A DNA stretch of 32,000 nucleotides from Tannockella kyphosi. Lineage in GTDB: Bacteria > Bacillota_I > Bacilli_A > Erysipelotrichales > Coprobacillaceae. Each line of letters begins with the position of its first letter. The stretch's first letter is position 1. The translations under genes were made by a program, and so were the position numbers. The DNA is taken from NCBI RefSeq assembly GCF_021054785.1, contig NZ_CP088239.1:990001-1022000 (forward strand), in the 5' to 3' direction. Under the pieces are notes generated by a model. That model did no database searches, was not told the origin of the DNA, and saw only the letters and a program-made list of their open reading frames with translations. Below are positions 10,360-18,624 of the stretch, piece by piece.

Positions 10360-10368
10360 AACAGCCTC

Positions 10369-11766
10369 CTAATCAGCGTCGTAATATTCATCATACTCAT
10401 CGTAATCGATTTCTTCATCATATTTACTATCGTATTCTGTTTCTTCGTTTTCTTCTTCATGAATTAATTTAACACCATCTGTTACTTCTTCACCCTCAGC
10501 TTCTTCTACTGCAGGTTCAATAACAATATCAGTTAAAGTTATTGCTGGTTCTTCTTCTTTTACTTCCTCTACAACTACTTCTTCAACTACTTCTTCAATT
10601 ACTTCTTCAATTACTTCTTCAACTACTGTTTCGTCAGCTTCTGTAACTAACATAGCTTGTTCAAACTCAGTTTCAAATTCTTCATCAACTTCAACTGGTT
10701 GATCTAACGTGATTAATCCTAATGTTACAGCTTCACTAAATGGTTTAATATCAATCTTCCATCCTGTTAATCGAACAGCTAAACGAGCATTTTGTCCACG
10801 TTTACCAATTGCTAAAGATAATTGATTATCAGGAACAATAACAGAAGCACTATGTGTAGCCTCGTTAATTTTAACAGATAAAACTTGTGAAGGGCTTAAA
10901 GCATGAGAGATAAATTTAACTGGGTCACTTGACCATTCAATAATATCAATCATTTCTCCTTGTAGTTCATCTACCACATTTTTAACACGAGAACCTTTTG
11001 GTCCTACACATGATCCAATAGGATCAATGTTTTCGTTAGCAGTATATACTGCCATTTTTGTTCTTTCTCCTGGTTCACGAGAAACTGATTTGATTTCTAC
11101 TGTACCATCATATACTTCTGGTACTTCGATTTCGAATAAACGTTTTACTAAATTAGGTTCTACACGACTTACAACGATATGTGTCCCTTTTGTTCCACGA
11201 TCAACATCACTTACATATACTTTTAAATGTTGTCCTTCTACTAGTTTCTCTCCTGGGATTTGTTGGTTACTAGCTAAAAATGCACCAGTTTTTCCAATAT
11301 TTACTATTGCAAACTTTTCTTCTACACGATCAACAATACCAGTCATGATATCATCTTTTTTGTCTGCAAATTCATTGTATAGAGCTTCTTTTTCAGTTTC
11401 ACGAATTTTTTGTCTAAATAATTGTTTTGTTTGAATTGCTGCTAAACGTCCAATTAAATCAACATCTACTTCTGTTTCTACAACATCTCCAATTTGATAA
11501 TTGGCATTAATTTCTTGTGCTTCTTCCAATGAGATTTCAATATCTTCATCATCTAAATCATCTACAACTGTACGTAATTCAAATAAACGAATTTTTCCGT
11601 TTTTTTCATTAATAATTACTCTTACATTTGCATCAGGATTTAAGTAATTTTTCTTATAAGCTTTTTCAATTGCTTCTCTTAACATTTCTAAGAATGTTTC
11701 TACATCAATCCCTTTTTCTTCACTTAATAAATGTAATGCATCTAAAAATTTCTTACTACCAGCCAC
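10369..11766 (-). CDS. nusA: Transcription termination/antitermination factor NusA with a long acidic C-terminal tail
   Basis: NusA N-terminal, S1 and KH1/KH2 regions are present (...IGKRGQNARLA...GWKIDIK). GTG start 8 nt after AGGAGG. The last ~110 aa are strongly acidic. Confidence 0.95.
   Translation of the reverse strand: MAGSKKFLDALHLLSEEKGIDVETFLEMLREAIEKAYKKNYLNPDANVRVIINEKNGKIRLFELRTVVDDLDDEDIEISLEEAQEINANYQIGDVVETEVDVDLIGRLAAIQTKQLFRQKIRETEKEALYNEFADKKDDIMTGIVDRVEEKFAIVNIGKTGAFLASNQQIPGEKLVEGQHLKVYVSDVDRGTKGTHIVVSRVEPNLVKRLFEIEVPEVYDGTVEIKSVSREPGERTKMAVYTANENIDPIGSCVGPKGSRVKNVVDELQGEMIDIIEWSSDPVKFISHALSPSQVLSVKINEATHSASVIVPDNQLSLAIGKRGQNARLAVRLTGWKIDIKPFSEAVTLGLITLDQPVEVDEEFETEFEQAMLVTEADETVVEEVIEEVIEEVVEEVVVEEVKEEEPAITLTDIVIEPAVEEAEGEEVTDGVKLIHEEENEETEYDSKYDEEIDYDEYDEYYDAD
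10573..10626. repeat. 12-nt tandem repeat (AAYTACTTCTTC x about 4.5) encoding (EEV[VI])n in the NusA tail
   Basis: Read directly: aactacttcttc aactacttcttc aattacttcttc aattacttcttc aactac. Confidence 0.85.
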
Positions 11767-11778
11767 TATTCTATCCTC

Positions 11779-12246
11779 CTAAAATTTAACAGCTAATCGA
11801 ATATACTTTATATTTTTATAATCTACTACCATTTTTTTCTTAATATTCTTTACAAGATATTCAAAAGTTATCATCGTATCCTCAATAGAAATAATAGTAC
11901 CTTCTACCTCATTATTTCCTGATGTTGGTTCAATAAATTGCGCATAGACATAATGTCCAATTGAATCTTGTACCTGTTCCCAATTTTTTAATTGTTTTTC
12001 AGCTCCAGGTGATGATACCTCTAAATAATACTCATCTTTAATAGGATCTTGTTCATCCATTGCTAAACTAATTGCCTCACTAACAGTTACACATGTATCC
12101 ATATCCAATGCACCATTGTTTTTTTCAATATAAATACGTAAATACATTTCATTACCTTCTTTTACATATTCAATATCATCTAAATAAACATCATTTGTTT
12201 CTAAAATAGGTTTAATTATTGTAGTAATTTGATCAAGTAATTCCAT
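11779..12246 (-). CDS. rimP: Ribosome maturation factor RimP
   Basis: 155 aa, RimP-like (...YLRIYIEK...LEVSSPG...). AGAGGTGA RBS. First gene of the nusA-infB operon. Confidence 0.9.
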   Translation of the reverse strand: MELLDQITTIIKPILETNDVYLDDIEYVKEGNEMYLRIYIEKNNGALDMDTCVTVSEAISLAMDEQDPIKDEYYLEVSSPGAEKQLKNWEQVQDSIGHYVYAQFIEPTSGNNEVEGTIISIEDTMITFEYLVKNIKKKMVVDYKNIKYIRLAVKF

Positions 12247-12272
12247 TTTTTCACCTCTTATCCAATAATAAA

Positions 12273-12291
12273 CGAGTGGGTTTCCCCACTC
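12273..12291 (-). terminator. Strong hairpin CGAGTGGG-GAAA-CCCACTCG followed by TTTATTATT; terminator of the lipoprotein operon and/or leader attenuator of rimP-nusA
   Basis: 8-bp GC-rich stem with a GAAA tetraloop, 27 nt upstream of the rimP ATG and 57 nt downstream of the lipoprotein stop. Confidence 0.65.
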
Positions 12292-12315
12292 GCTTGTGTC
12301 TCTTAATCTAAAAAC

Positions 12316-12345
12316 ATAATATCACATTTATTTGATAAATGCAAA
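12316..12345 (-). promoter_or_regulatory. Candidate promoter TTTGCA - 18 - TATTAT with extended -10 (TGaTATTAT) upstream of the rimP leader hairpin
   Basis: Minus strand reads atatTTGCAtttatcaaataaatgTGaTATTATgttttt. The region is AT-rich, so this is weakly supported. Confidence 0.3.
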
Positions 12346-12347
12346 TA

Positions 12348-12854
12348 TTAATCAAACAATTTATAATATTCAATAGAAACTACGGCATCATCAACAAGTA
12401 TAAATCTCAATTCCATTGTTTCAGATTCGTAACTTAATAAACTACTACTCTCAGATGACGGTTCACCGTATGCACTAATTATATCTTCACTTACAGAACC
12501 GATAACAATACCTTCTTGTGTACTAACTAAATCACTTGTAAGAGTAATTAGATAAATTATGGATTCATCATTTTCTTCATAGAAAGTTACAACAAAATTA
12601 TCATATGTATAAATAATATCCATTCCATCATTCGCACAACTAGCTGCTTCAAAACAATCTGCTTCTTCTTCAAGTAAATCTACTGTTTCTTCTACAGTAG
12701 CATCAATAAACAAAGAAACGCCTTCCGTTTCAAAAACAAATCCCTCTGATTGACCTGCAGTATCATCTCCAGAACTACCAATTTCTTGTTCACTACTACA
12801 TCCTGTTAAAATCAATGTACATAAAATGATGCTAGCTAAATAAATTTTTTTCAT
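12348..12854 (-). CDS. Lipoprotein of unknown function
   Basis: Signal peptide plus lipobox (MKKIYLASIILCTLILTGC|SS). Acidic mature domain ending in a GIVIGS..EDIISAYGEP... beta-rich module. GGAGG RBS. Confidence 0.75.
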   Translation of the reverse strand: MKKIYLASIILCTLILTGCSSEQEIGSSGDDTAGQSEGFVFETEGVSLFIDATVEETVDLLEEEADCFEAASCANDGMDIIYTYDNFVVTFYEENDESIIYLITLTSDLVSTQEGIVIGSVSEDIISAYGEPSSESSSLLSYESETMELRFILVDDAVVSIEYYKLFD

Positions 12855-12865
12855 ATTTTCCTCCT

Positions 12866-13909
12866 CTATTCAACACCGTACAACTCTTTTTGTATTTCTA
12901 TGTCTTCATAATATCTTTCTAATTTTATTTCCCATAAACTAGACAGAACTTCTTCGTCGCTTCTATCTTCTAACTCAAATTGAGTAGATAATATTTCGCC
13001 AAAGTAACTTGTTAATTTAGTCGCTCCATATAAATTTAAATGGGAACCGCCATCATATGTGTCGGTGTTATAGTCCAATCCAATTTCATTTGTATAATCC
13101 AAAAAATTAATATATGTTATATCATTATTCAATGCATAGTTTGTTATTTGTTCATCCCATTCATCATACCAATAAGGGTATAAAGAAGGTGCTTTTATTA
13201 GTATTAATTCAATATCATTTTCATCACAAAGATTAGTAATCTTATCTAAATACTCTAGAACATTCTCACTAATATCATATGTTTCTAAAACGGATCCATT
13301 AGGAACACTAGTGTAAGGTTGTGTATCTACTCTTAAATAGTATCCATTATACGAAACTAAATCACTAGAAAACATATATTCAAAATCCTCAAAAGTTAAC
13401 TCACTCCATCTTGAATGATACCTCAGGATTGGGAAAACATAATCTAATAACGACTCACTTTCTAACATAGAAGTAGTAATTGAATTAATCTTAGAAATAG
13501 ACCAATTCATACCATCCAACGTCATTCGATTATACTCTTCTTTTTGTGGCTCATCATATCGTATGGTTGAAACGTTAAATACGACAACATCAGGAACTTC
13601 ATAATTTAATGTATCTTCTAAAATATAATATGATTGCCATATCAATTGTTGTGCACTTCCTCTAACATAAGAATTTATACCATATTCCTCATACAAAACA
13701 GCAGGTATGAAATTACTATATACTTCACAATCTCCTATAAAAATAACATCATGATCTTTTTCATCATAGCCTTCCTGATTATAATAATATTCTTCTATAA
13801 AGGCCCCTTCGATAAGACTTGTCATATATTTAGGAATTAGTAATAATTGTAAAAGATATAAAATCAATAACAGTATAATAATAAAGAACACTAATCTTAT
13901 TTTTCTCAT
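12866..13909 (-). CDS. Membrane-anchored SGNH/GDSL-like (DltD/AlgX-like) protein; the block-I motif reads GDC instead of GDS
   Basis: N-terminal TM helix (LVFFIIILLLILYLLQLLLI). Block-I-like VIFIGDCEVYSNF and block-V-like DGGSHLNLYGA. Fold assignment is from motifs only. Confidence 0.6.
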   Translation of the reverse strand: MRKIRLVFFIIILLLILYLLQLLLIPKYMTSLIEGAFIEEYYYNQEGYDEKDHDVIFIGDCEVYSNFIPAVLYEEYGINSYVRGSAQQLIWQSYYILEDTLNYEVPDVVVFNVSTIRYDEPQKEEYNRMTLDGMNWSISKINSITTSMLESESLLDYVFPILRYHSRWSELTFEDFEYMFSSDLVSYNGYYLRVDTQPYTSVPNGSVLETYDISENVLEYLDKITNLCDENDIELILIKAPSLYPYWYDEWDEQITNYALNNDITYINFLDYTNEIGLDYNTDTYDGGSHLNLYGATKLTSYFGEILSTQFELEDRSDEEVLSSLWEIKLERYYEDIEIQKELYGVE

Positions 13910-13939
13910 CTTTTATCCCCCTATAAAAGAATTTTAATA

Positions 13940-15199
13940 TTAATTAATCGTAGGATAATCTGATGCTGTAAAATTATGACAATAGTTATGAGAATCTGAA
14001 TATTCCAACAATGTCTCTGTATCCCACAGGAAAATAATAGTTCCATCAGAACGATAAGTTGAATCAAAATGTACCCATCCATTACCAACATCAACCAAAT
14101 TCCAATAATGACTATAATATGTTGTTGTTTCAGTAGGTGTTCTTTCTATATCAAGATTAGGAATACCAGCTTGCGTTAATAAAATTTTAGCTGTTGATGC
14201 ATATGTGAAACAATCACCACTTTGATAAACCAAACCATCATAAGCTTCTTTTATCCAATCCGTTTTATCCGAACTACCTGTGTACTTAATTGAATTACGA
14301 CACCAATAATAGATAGCTGAAGCTTTTTCTGTTAGTGACATAGAATCGTCTATCAATTCAGATAAAAGTTCATCAGCAAGGTTTTGTATTACTTCATAAT
14401 CACTTTCTTCAATTGAAGATGCTATTTCCTCCTCTTCAACAATCACATTGATTGTTTGAGTAGACGAATTTCCTAATACATCAGTTGCAGTAACCAAAAC
14501 CTCATATGTTCCTACGCTGTTAAGATTAACTTTTGAATTATCAATATCAAGTTCGTAGTCACTATCATCTGTAATAGTGATTTGTGATAAATATGAAATA
14601 GATCCCCCCACATAAACACTAATTTTCTCAGGTGCATCAATAATAGGGGCAGTCGTATCCGCAGTGATTGTGATAAAACTGGTTACTATCGTTTCATTCC
14701 CTGACTCATCGATTAATGATATATTAATTTCCTGTTTTTCATAACTTGAATAGTCAATTTCATTTATAAAAGAGTATGTAACGGTAGCCACATCATCAAG
14801 GTCATCGAATAATTCTTCTATTGTAACACTATCTAAAAAGCTTATGACAATATCTACACTACTTGCACTCGGTGCAATAGTATCCTCAACTACCAAAGTA
14901 CATATATGGGTAAAAAAACCTTTTTTTATCATTATCTCAAATTCACCTACATTAGATGCTTCATATGTTTCAATTTCATCTACAAAAGATATTTCTCCAA
15001 ATCCTCTTTTTTCAAAAAAAGAGGCAGTTACTTCGTCTCCTAATTCTACTGTTCTAGTAATACAAACAGTATCATATCCCAAATAATAAAATGCGGTACA
15101 AAAACATCCTATACTGATGACAATAAATAATAAAATATTTTTTTTAAGTTTAGACTTTTCAATAAAATTATCTAGTAAAAACTGTTTGATGTTCACCAT
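13940..15199 (-). CDS. Membrane-anchored protein with Ig-like (DUF5011-like) repeats and a C-terminal transglutaminase-like Cys-protease core
   Basis: TM helix ILLFIVISIGCFCTAFYYL. Ig-like segment APIIDAP...VGTYEVLVTATDVLGNSSTQTINVIV. C-H-D core in QSGDCFTYA, HYWNLV and WVHFDST. I place the start at the ATG at 15199 (GGGAGA RBS), not the listed 15217. Confidence 0.8.
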   Translation of the reverse strand: MVNIKQFLLDNFIEKSKLKKNILLFIVISIGCFCTAFYYLGYDTVCITRTVELGDEVTASFFEKRGFGEISFVDEIETYEASNVGEFEIMIKKGFFTHICTLVVEDTIAPSASSVDIVISFLDSVTIEELFDDLDDVATVTYSFINEIDYSSYEKQEINISLIDESGNETIVTSFITITADTTAPIIDAPEKISVYVGGSISYLSQITITDDSDYELDIDNSKVNLNSVGTYEVLVTATDVLGNSSTQTINVIVEEEEIASSIEESDYEVIQNLADELLSELIDDSMSLTEKASAIYYWCRNSIKYTGSSDKTDWIKEAYDGLVYQSGDCFTYASTAKILLTQAGIPNLDIERTPTETTTYYSHYWNLVDVGNGWVHFDSTYRSDGTIIFLWDTETLLEYSDSHNYCHNFTASDYPTIN

Positions 15200-15220
15200 A
15201 ATTATCTCCCTTTTCAAAAA

Positions 15221-15249
15221 ATAGTATCATAGGCCAAGTTGAAAGTCAA
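15221..15249 (-). promoter_or_regulatory. Candidate sigma-A promoter TTGACT - 17 - TACTAT for the transglutaminase/SGNH/lipoprotein operon
   Basis: Minus strand reads tatTTGACTttcaacttggcctatgaTACTATtttttgaaaaGGGAGAtaattATG. Confidence 0.5.
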
Positions 15250-15367
15250 TAAAACCGAACATGAACAAAAATCAAAAATTATTATCAAAATTATCCCCAC
15301 ATAAAAAAATGAAAACTATTTACAATGAAAAAATTCTTAATTTATATTCTCAATATTTTTTATTTTA

Positions 15368-16786
15368 TTAAATTAATATACTGAAACTAGGTATGTATGT
15401 CATTAAAGCCCAAACAACAACCGTCATGAGTAAGACAACTATCACCGTTAGTTTAATCCCATGTTTAAACATATACTGTGGGTTCAACCCATATCCTACT
15501 GGTATTGCACGAATCGATGTAGGCATACAATAAGATAGATTAACCCCTACACTTGCTGCCAACATATATGGAATCGGATTTAAGTTTAGTGCTAACGCTA
15601 AACTTAAAACAATTGGTATTGCTACTGCAGCAGTTGCAGTGTTACTTGTTAAATCCGATAAAACAATCGTTAATGCAATAATTACAAACACTAACATCAT
15701 TTCATTTTGAAACTGTACAGTAGAAAGTAAATTACCTAAAGCTTGTGCTGCTCCACTACCATTAATTAATGTCCCTACTGCTAAACCTCCTGCAAATACA
15801 TAAATTAATTCCCATACTATTTTCTTTTGAACATTCTTCCAAACCATTAGTTTCTCTCCATTTTCTTTTTTGAAAAGAAAACTAATTAATGCACATATAA
15901 TAAAAATATAAGCAGGTTCTAAACCTGGTAATAAATGTTCATAGAATGATCTTGTAAATGACAAGATTGTTGCAATAACAAATAATAATAAGCACATTGC
16001 TTCATTTTTACTCATCTTCCCAAGTTCTTTGTTCTTTTCAACAAAATATGCTTTTGATCCTTCTAATTGAATGTTCTTAGGTTTAATAACCAATAAGAAA
16101 GCCAAATTAGATACAATTAAAACAATCATCACAGGGAAAAATTTAATTACCCAATCAATATACATAAACTCACTTCCTGTATATTGCTCAATATAATCAA
16201 CCACTACTAAATTCATTGCTCCTCCTAATGGACTAGCCAATCCCCCTAATCCAGCACCCCAAGCAATAGTTAGTAATAAAATAGATCCCACTTCACTTTT
16301 ATTAATATTTTCTATACCAATATAGCGAAGCATTGATACAGCAATAGGTACAACTGTTGCACACACGATTGCATTTGGTAATACAGCAGACATAGCCACC
16401 GATAATACAAACCAAAATATAATTTGTGAAGTCAAAGAAGAGCCTATTAACCCTAAGAAGACATAAGCAATTCTTTTGTCTAATTCTACCTCTTCCCATG
16501 AAACTGTTAATATAGATGCTCCTAAAAGTAATAAGATTGTTTCTGAAGCATAGTTTGCTATTACACTAGACATAGATGTCATTTCAATAATCGCATTAAT
16601 TGCTATTGGTAAAAAGCCTGTTACTGCATAGTCCATGCATGAACTAACCCACCAATACGCCATCCAAGCAACCGTACCAATAGCTGCTCTCATTTCAAAC
16701 GTAGTAAAAATACTTTCTGGTAAGAATGCAATGCATGATAGAAATAGGATTGGCCCTATTAGGATATGTATAGTATTCTTTTTCAT
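15368..16786 (-). CDS. DASS/SLC13-type (ArsB/NhaD superfamily) anion/carboxylate permease
   Basis: About 471 aa and polytopic. The two-repeat architecture and motifs (ASPLGGAMNLVV, SDLTSNTATAAVAIPI) fit SLC13-family permeases. The ATG at 16786 (MKKNTIH...) lies 2 nt after the carrier-protein stop; the listed 16804 start has no RBS. Confidence 0.75.
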   Translation of the reverse strand: MKKNTIHILIGPILFLSCIAFLPESIFTTFEMRAAIGTVAWMAYWWVSSCMDYAVTGFLPIAINAIIEMTSMSSVIANYASETILLLLGASILTVSWEEVELDKRIAYVFLGLIGSSLTSQIIFWFVLSVAMSAVLPNAIVCATVVPIAVSMLRYIGIENINKSEVGSILLLTIAWGAGLGGLASPLGGAMNLVVVDYIEQYTGSEFMYIDWVIKFFPVMIVLIVSNLAFLLVIKPKNIQLEGSKAYFVEKNKELGKMSKNEAMCLLLFVIATILSFTRSFYEHLLPGLEPAYIFIICALISFLFKKENGEKLMVWKNVQKKIVWELIYVFAGGLAVGTLINGSGAAQALGNLLSTVQFQNEMMLVFVIIALTIVLSDLTSNTATAAVAIPIVLSLALALNLNPIPYMLAASVGVNLSYCMPTSIRAIPVGYGLNPQYMFKHGIKLTVIVVLLMTVVVWALMTYIPSFSILI

Positions 16787-16787
16787 A

Positions 16788-17015
16788 TTACCCTTGTAAT
16801 TCACTAATTAATTCAACGATTGCATCAACAGAATTTAAATTTTCTGGCACTAAATCCATTACATCTATTTCTACATCAAATGCAAAACTTAGTTCACTTA
16901 CTAAACTAATAATAGATAATGAATCTAAAATACGTGAATCAATTAATTTTGTCTCTTTTTCATAATCTACTCCTGGATTTACTGTGTTTAAAATCTCAAT
17001 AATTTGTTCTTTCAT
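16788..17015 (-). CDS. Acyl/D-alanyl carrier protein (DltC-like)
   Basis: 75 aa with the phosphopantetheine attachment motif ILDSLSIISLVSEL (compare DltC LLDSFGTVELL). GAGGGAAAG RBS. Confidence 0.8.
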   Translation of the reverse strand: MKEQIIEILNTVNPGVDYEKETKLIDSRILDSLSIISLVSELSFAFDVEIDVMDLVPENLNSVDAIVELISELQG

Positions 17016-17026
17016 TTTCTTTCCCT

Positions 17027-17218
17027 CTACCCTATTTTGGTCTTTCTATCAATTTTTCCATTATATGTTCTAGGAACACTATCTATTTTTATAATGCTTC
17101 TAGGTCTTTTGAAGTCTTCTAAATTATTTAGGAAATGTTCTTCTAAAATCTTTGTATCAAAGTCAACTTCTGACACTATATACAAAACAGGAACAGCTCC
17201 TATTAATGCATCTTCCCT
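17027..17218 (-). pseudogene. C-terminal 63 codons of the DltA-like AMP-ligase, severed by the IS110 insertion
   Basis: The minus-strand frame reads REDALIGAVPVLYIVSEVDFDTKILEEHFLNNLEDFKRPRSIIKIDSVPRTYNGKIDRKTKIG*. This is the adenylate-forming enzyme A8-A10 region, including NGKIDRK. Confidence 0.85.
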
Positions 17219-17273
17219 TGTATGATATTAATGATCCTTGTTTCACTAATTACATACGCTCCTTTCTTATATT

Positions 17274-17282
17274 TGTTATAAT
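17274..17282 (+). promoter_or_regulatory. Extended -10 element TGtTATAAT inside the IS110 left arm
   Basis: Reads atatttGTTATAATgg. It would start transcription near 17289, upstream of the structured non-coding region and the transposase. Confidence 0.4.
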
Positions 17283-17288
17283 GGATAT

Positions 17289-17445
17289 AGAACCTATGTT
17301 TTGATTTTTACTATGGTTTTCGTCCATTTAAGGGAGACTAATACCATGGCTCTATATTTTTAATTTATAGTTGGATAAGCGTTAATGCTTTTATGTCACG
17401 CAAGGATATAGATATAGACTGCCATGGATAGACAAGGTTCTAGAA
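17289..17445 (+). ncRNA. Candidate IS110 bridge (seek) RNA
   Basis: A 14-bp interrupted stem pairs CCATGGC-TCTATAT (17344-17357) with ATATAGA-ct-GCCATGG (17412-17427). The enclosed loop carries ATAGTTGG (17367-17374), identical to the IS right terminus (18719-18726). AAGGGAGAC (17330-17338) is the reverse complement of the right junction (18725-18733). RNA ends are approximate. Confidence 0.4.
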
Positions 17446-17460
17446 AGGTGGTCTATTTTT

Positions 17461-18624
17461 ATGACTTATTACGTAGGCATTGATATTGCCAAAACAACGC
17501 ATTATGCTTGTGTTATCACAACTCATGGTGAAGTGATTCACCAACCTTTTCCTTTTGATAATTCAAAAGAAGGGTTTCATTTATTACTTTCCAAAATATC
17601 TTCTATTGATAAAGAAGATATTCTAATTGGTTTTGAATCTACTGCTCATTACCATCAAAACTTACATTCTTATCTTTCTACTTTTGGATACCACTGCGAA
17701 CTTATTAATCCCATCATATCCAAACAGTTTCGTGGTTTATCAGTTCGTAATGCTAAGACGGATAAAATTGATGCTATGTCCATTGCTCAACTTCTTTCTT
17801 ATCAGTACAACAATTCACAAGGTCAAGACTTTCTTGTTTCTGACTTACGTGTATATTGTGATGAAAGAGTTCGTCTTACTAAACAAAAGACAAAACTATA
17901 CATCCAACTAACTGCTGAGCTAGATCGTGTGTTCCCAGAGCTTAAATCCTTCTTTAAAGGCAATTTAAAGACGAATGCAGCCCATAATTTACTAAAACGA
18001 TACGCTACAGCTAAGGAAATAAAAGAAGTTCGAAATGAGGCTTTGACAAAGTTAATTTCTAAAAATAGTAAAGGCTTCAACCTCGAACGTATCAAAGACC
18101 TTAAATCGTTAAGTAAAAATAGCGTTGGCTTTCATTCAAACGCAATCTCTTTTAGAATTAAAAATATCATACTCCAAATCGAACTTCTAGAATCGCAGTT
18201 AGAAGATGTAGAAGCAAACATCATTGAAATGATGAAAGAAATAGACAGTGCTATATTGAATATCCCAGGTATGGGCTATATTCAAGGTGCTTACATCTTA
18301 TCTGCTATCATTAGTATAGACCGATTTGATAGTCCTTGTAAAGTACTAGCTTATGCAGGATTAGATCCAATCATAAGACAGTCTGGTAATTTTAATGCAA
18401 AGAGAACACGTATGTCTAAAAGAGGAAATGCTACACTACGTTATGCGCTTATATGGGCAGCTCATAATGTGGCAAAAAATTCAACAACTATGAATACTTA
18501 CTATTTAAAGAAACGCAGTGAAGGAAAATCTCATTACAATGCCTTAGGGCATTGTTCAAAGAAACTAGTAAACTATATTTACTTTGTCTTAAATAATCCT
18601 GATGAAAAATTCATCTTAGAATAA
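17461..18624 (+). CDS. IS110-family transposase (DEDD RuvC-like domain plus C-terminal Tnp domain)
   Basis: YVGIDIAKTTH (D), GFESTAHYH (E) and AKTDKIDA (D). C-terminal IPGMG..., GLDP...QSG...MSKRGNATLRYAL is typical of IS110/IS1111 recombinases. AAAGGTGG RBS. Confidence 0.92.
   Translation: MTYYVGIDIAKTTHYACVITTHGEVIHQPFPFDNSKEGFHLLLSKISSIDKEDILIGFESTAHYHQNLHSYLSTFGYHCELINPIISKQFRGLSVRNAKTDKIDAMSIAQLLSYQYNNSQGQDFLVSDLRVYCDERVRLTKQKTKLYIQLTAELDRVFPELKSFFKGNLKTNAAHNLLKRYATAKEIKEVRNEALTKLISKNSKGFNLERIKDLKSLSKNSVGFHSNAISFRIKNIILQIELLESQLEDVEANIIEMMKEIDSAILNIPGMGYIQGAYILSAIISIDRFDSPCKVLAYAGLDPIIRQSGNFNAKRTRMSKRGNATLRYALIWAAHNVAKNSTTMNTYYLKKRSEGKSHYNALGHCSKKLVNYIYFVLNNPDEKFILE

Noticed and set aside
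15301-15345. Possible terminator after the DASS permease gene
   Set aside because: The apparent symmetry is a direct repeat on the minus strand (TTTTCATT ... TTTTCATT), not an inverted repeat, so no stable hairpin forms.
16302-16499. 65-aa minus-strand ORF inside the DASS permease gene
   Set aside because: It is an alternative frame of the same strand within a confidently called polytopic transporter, with no RBS and a Cys/Arg-rich nonsense composition.
17214-17219. 6-bp direct repeat TCCCTT at both IS110 junctions (also 18729-18734), as a target-site duplication
   Set aside because: Collapsing it to one copy leaves the two ligase halves out of frame. The CT-core model restores the frame and creates the 17-nt-spaced junction promoter. 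The longer repeat is explained by the target reading TCC-CT-CCCTT and the IS starting with T.
17004-17225. 73-aa plus-strand ORF between the carrier gene and the IS110 element
   Set aside because: The opposite strand encodes the recognisable C-terminal 63 codons of the AMP-ligase (…NGKIDRKTKIG). The plus-strand ORF is its antisense shadow.
17627-18095. ORFs 17627-17911 (+) and 17823-18095 (-) overlapping the IS110 transposase
   Set aside because: They are out-of-frame or antisense to a complete DEDD transposase ORF, with no independent support.
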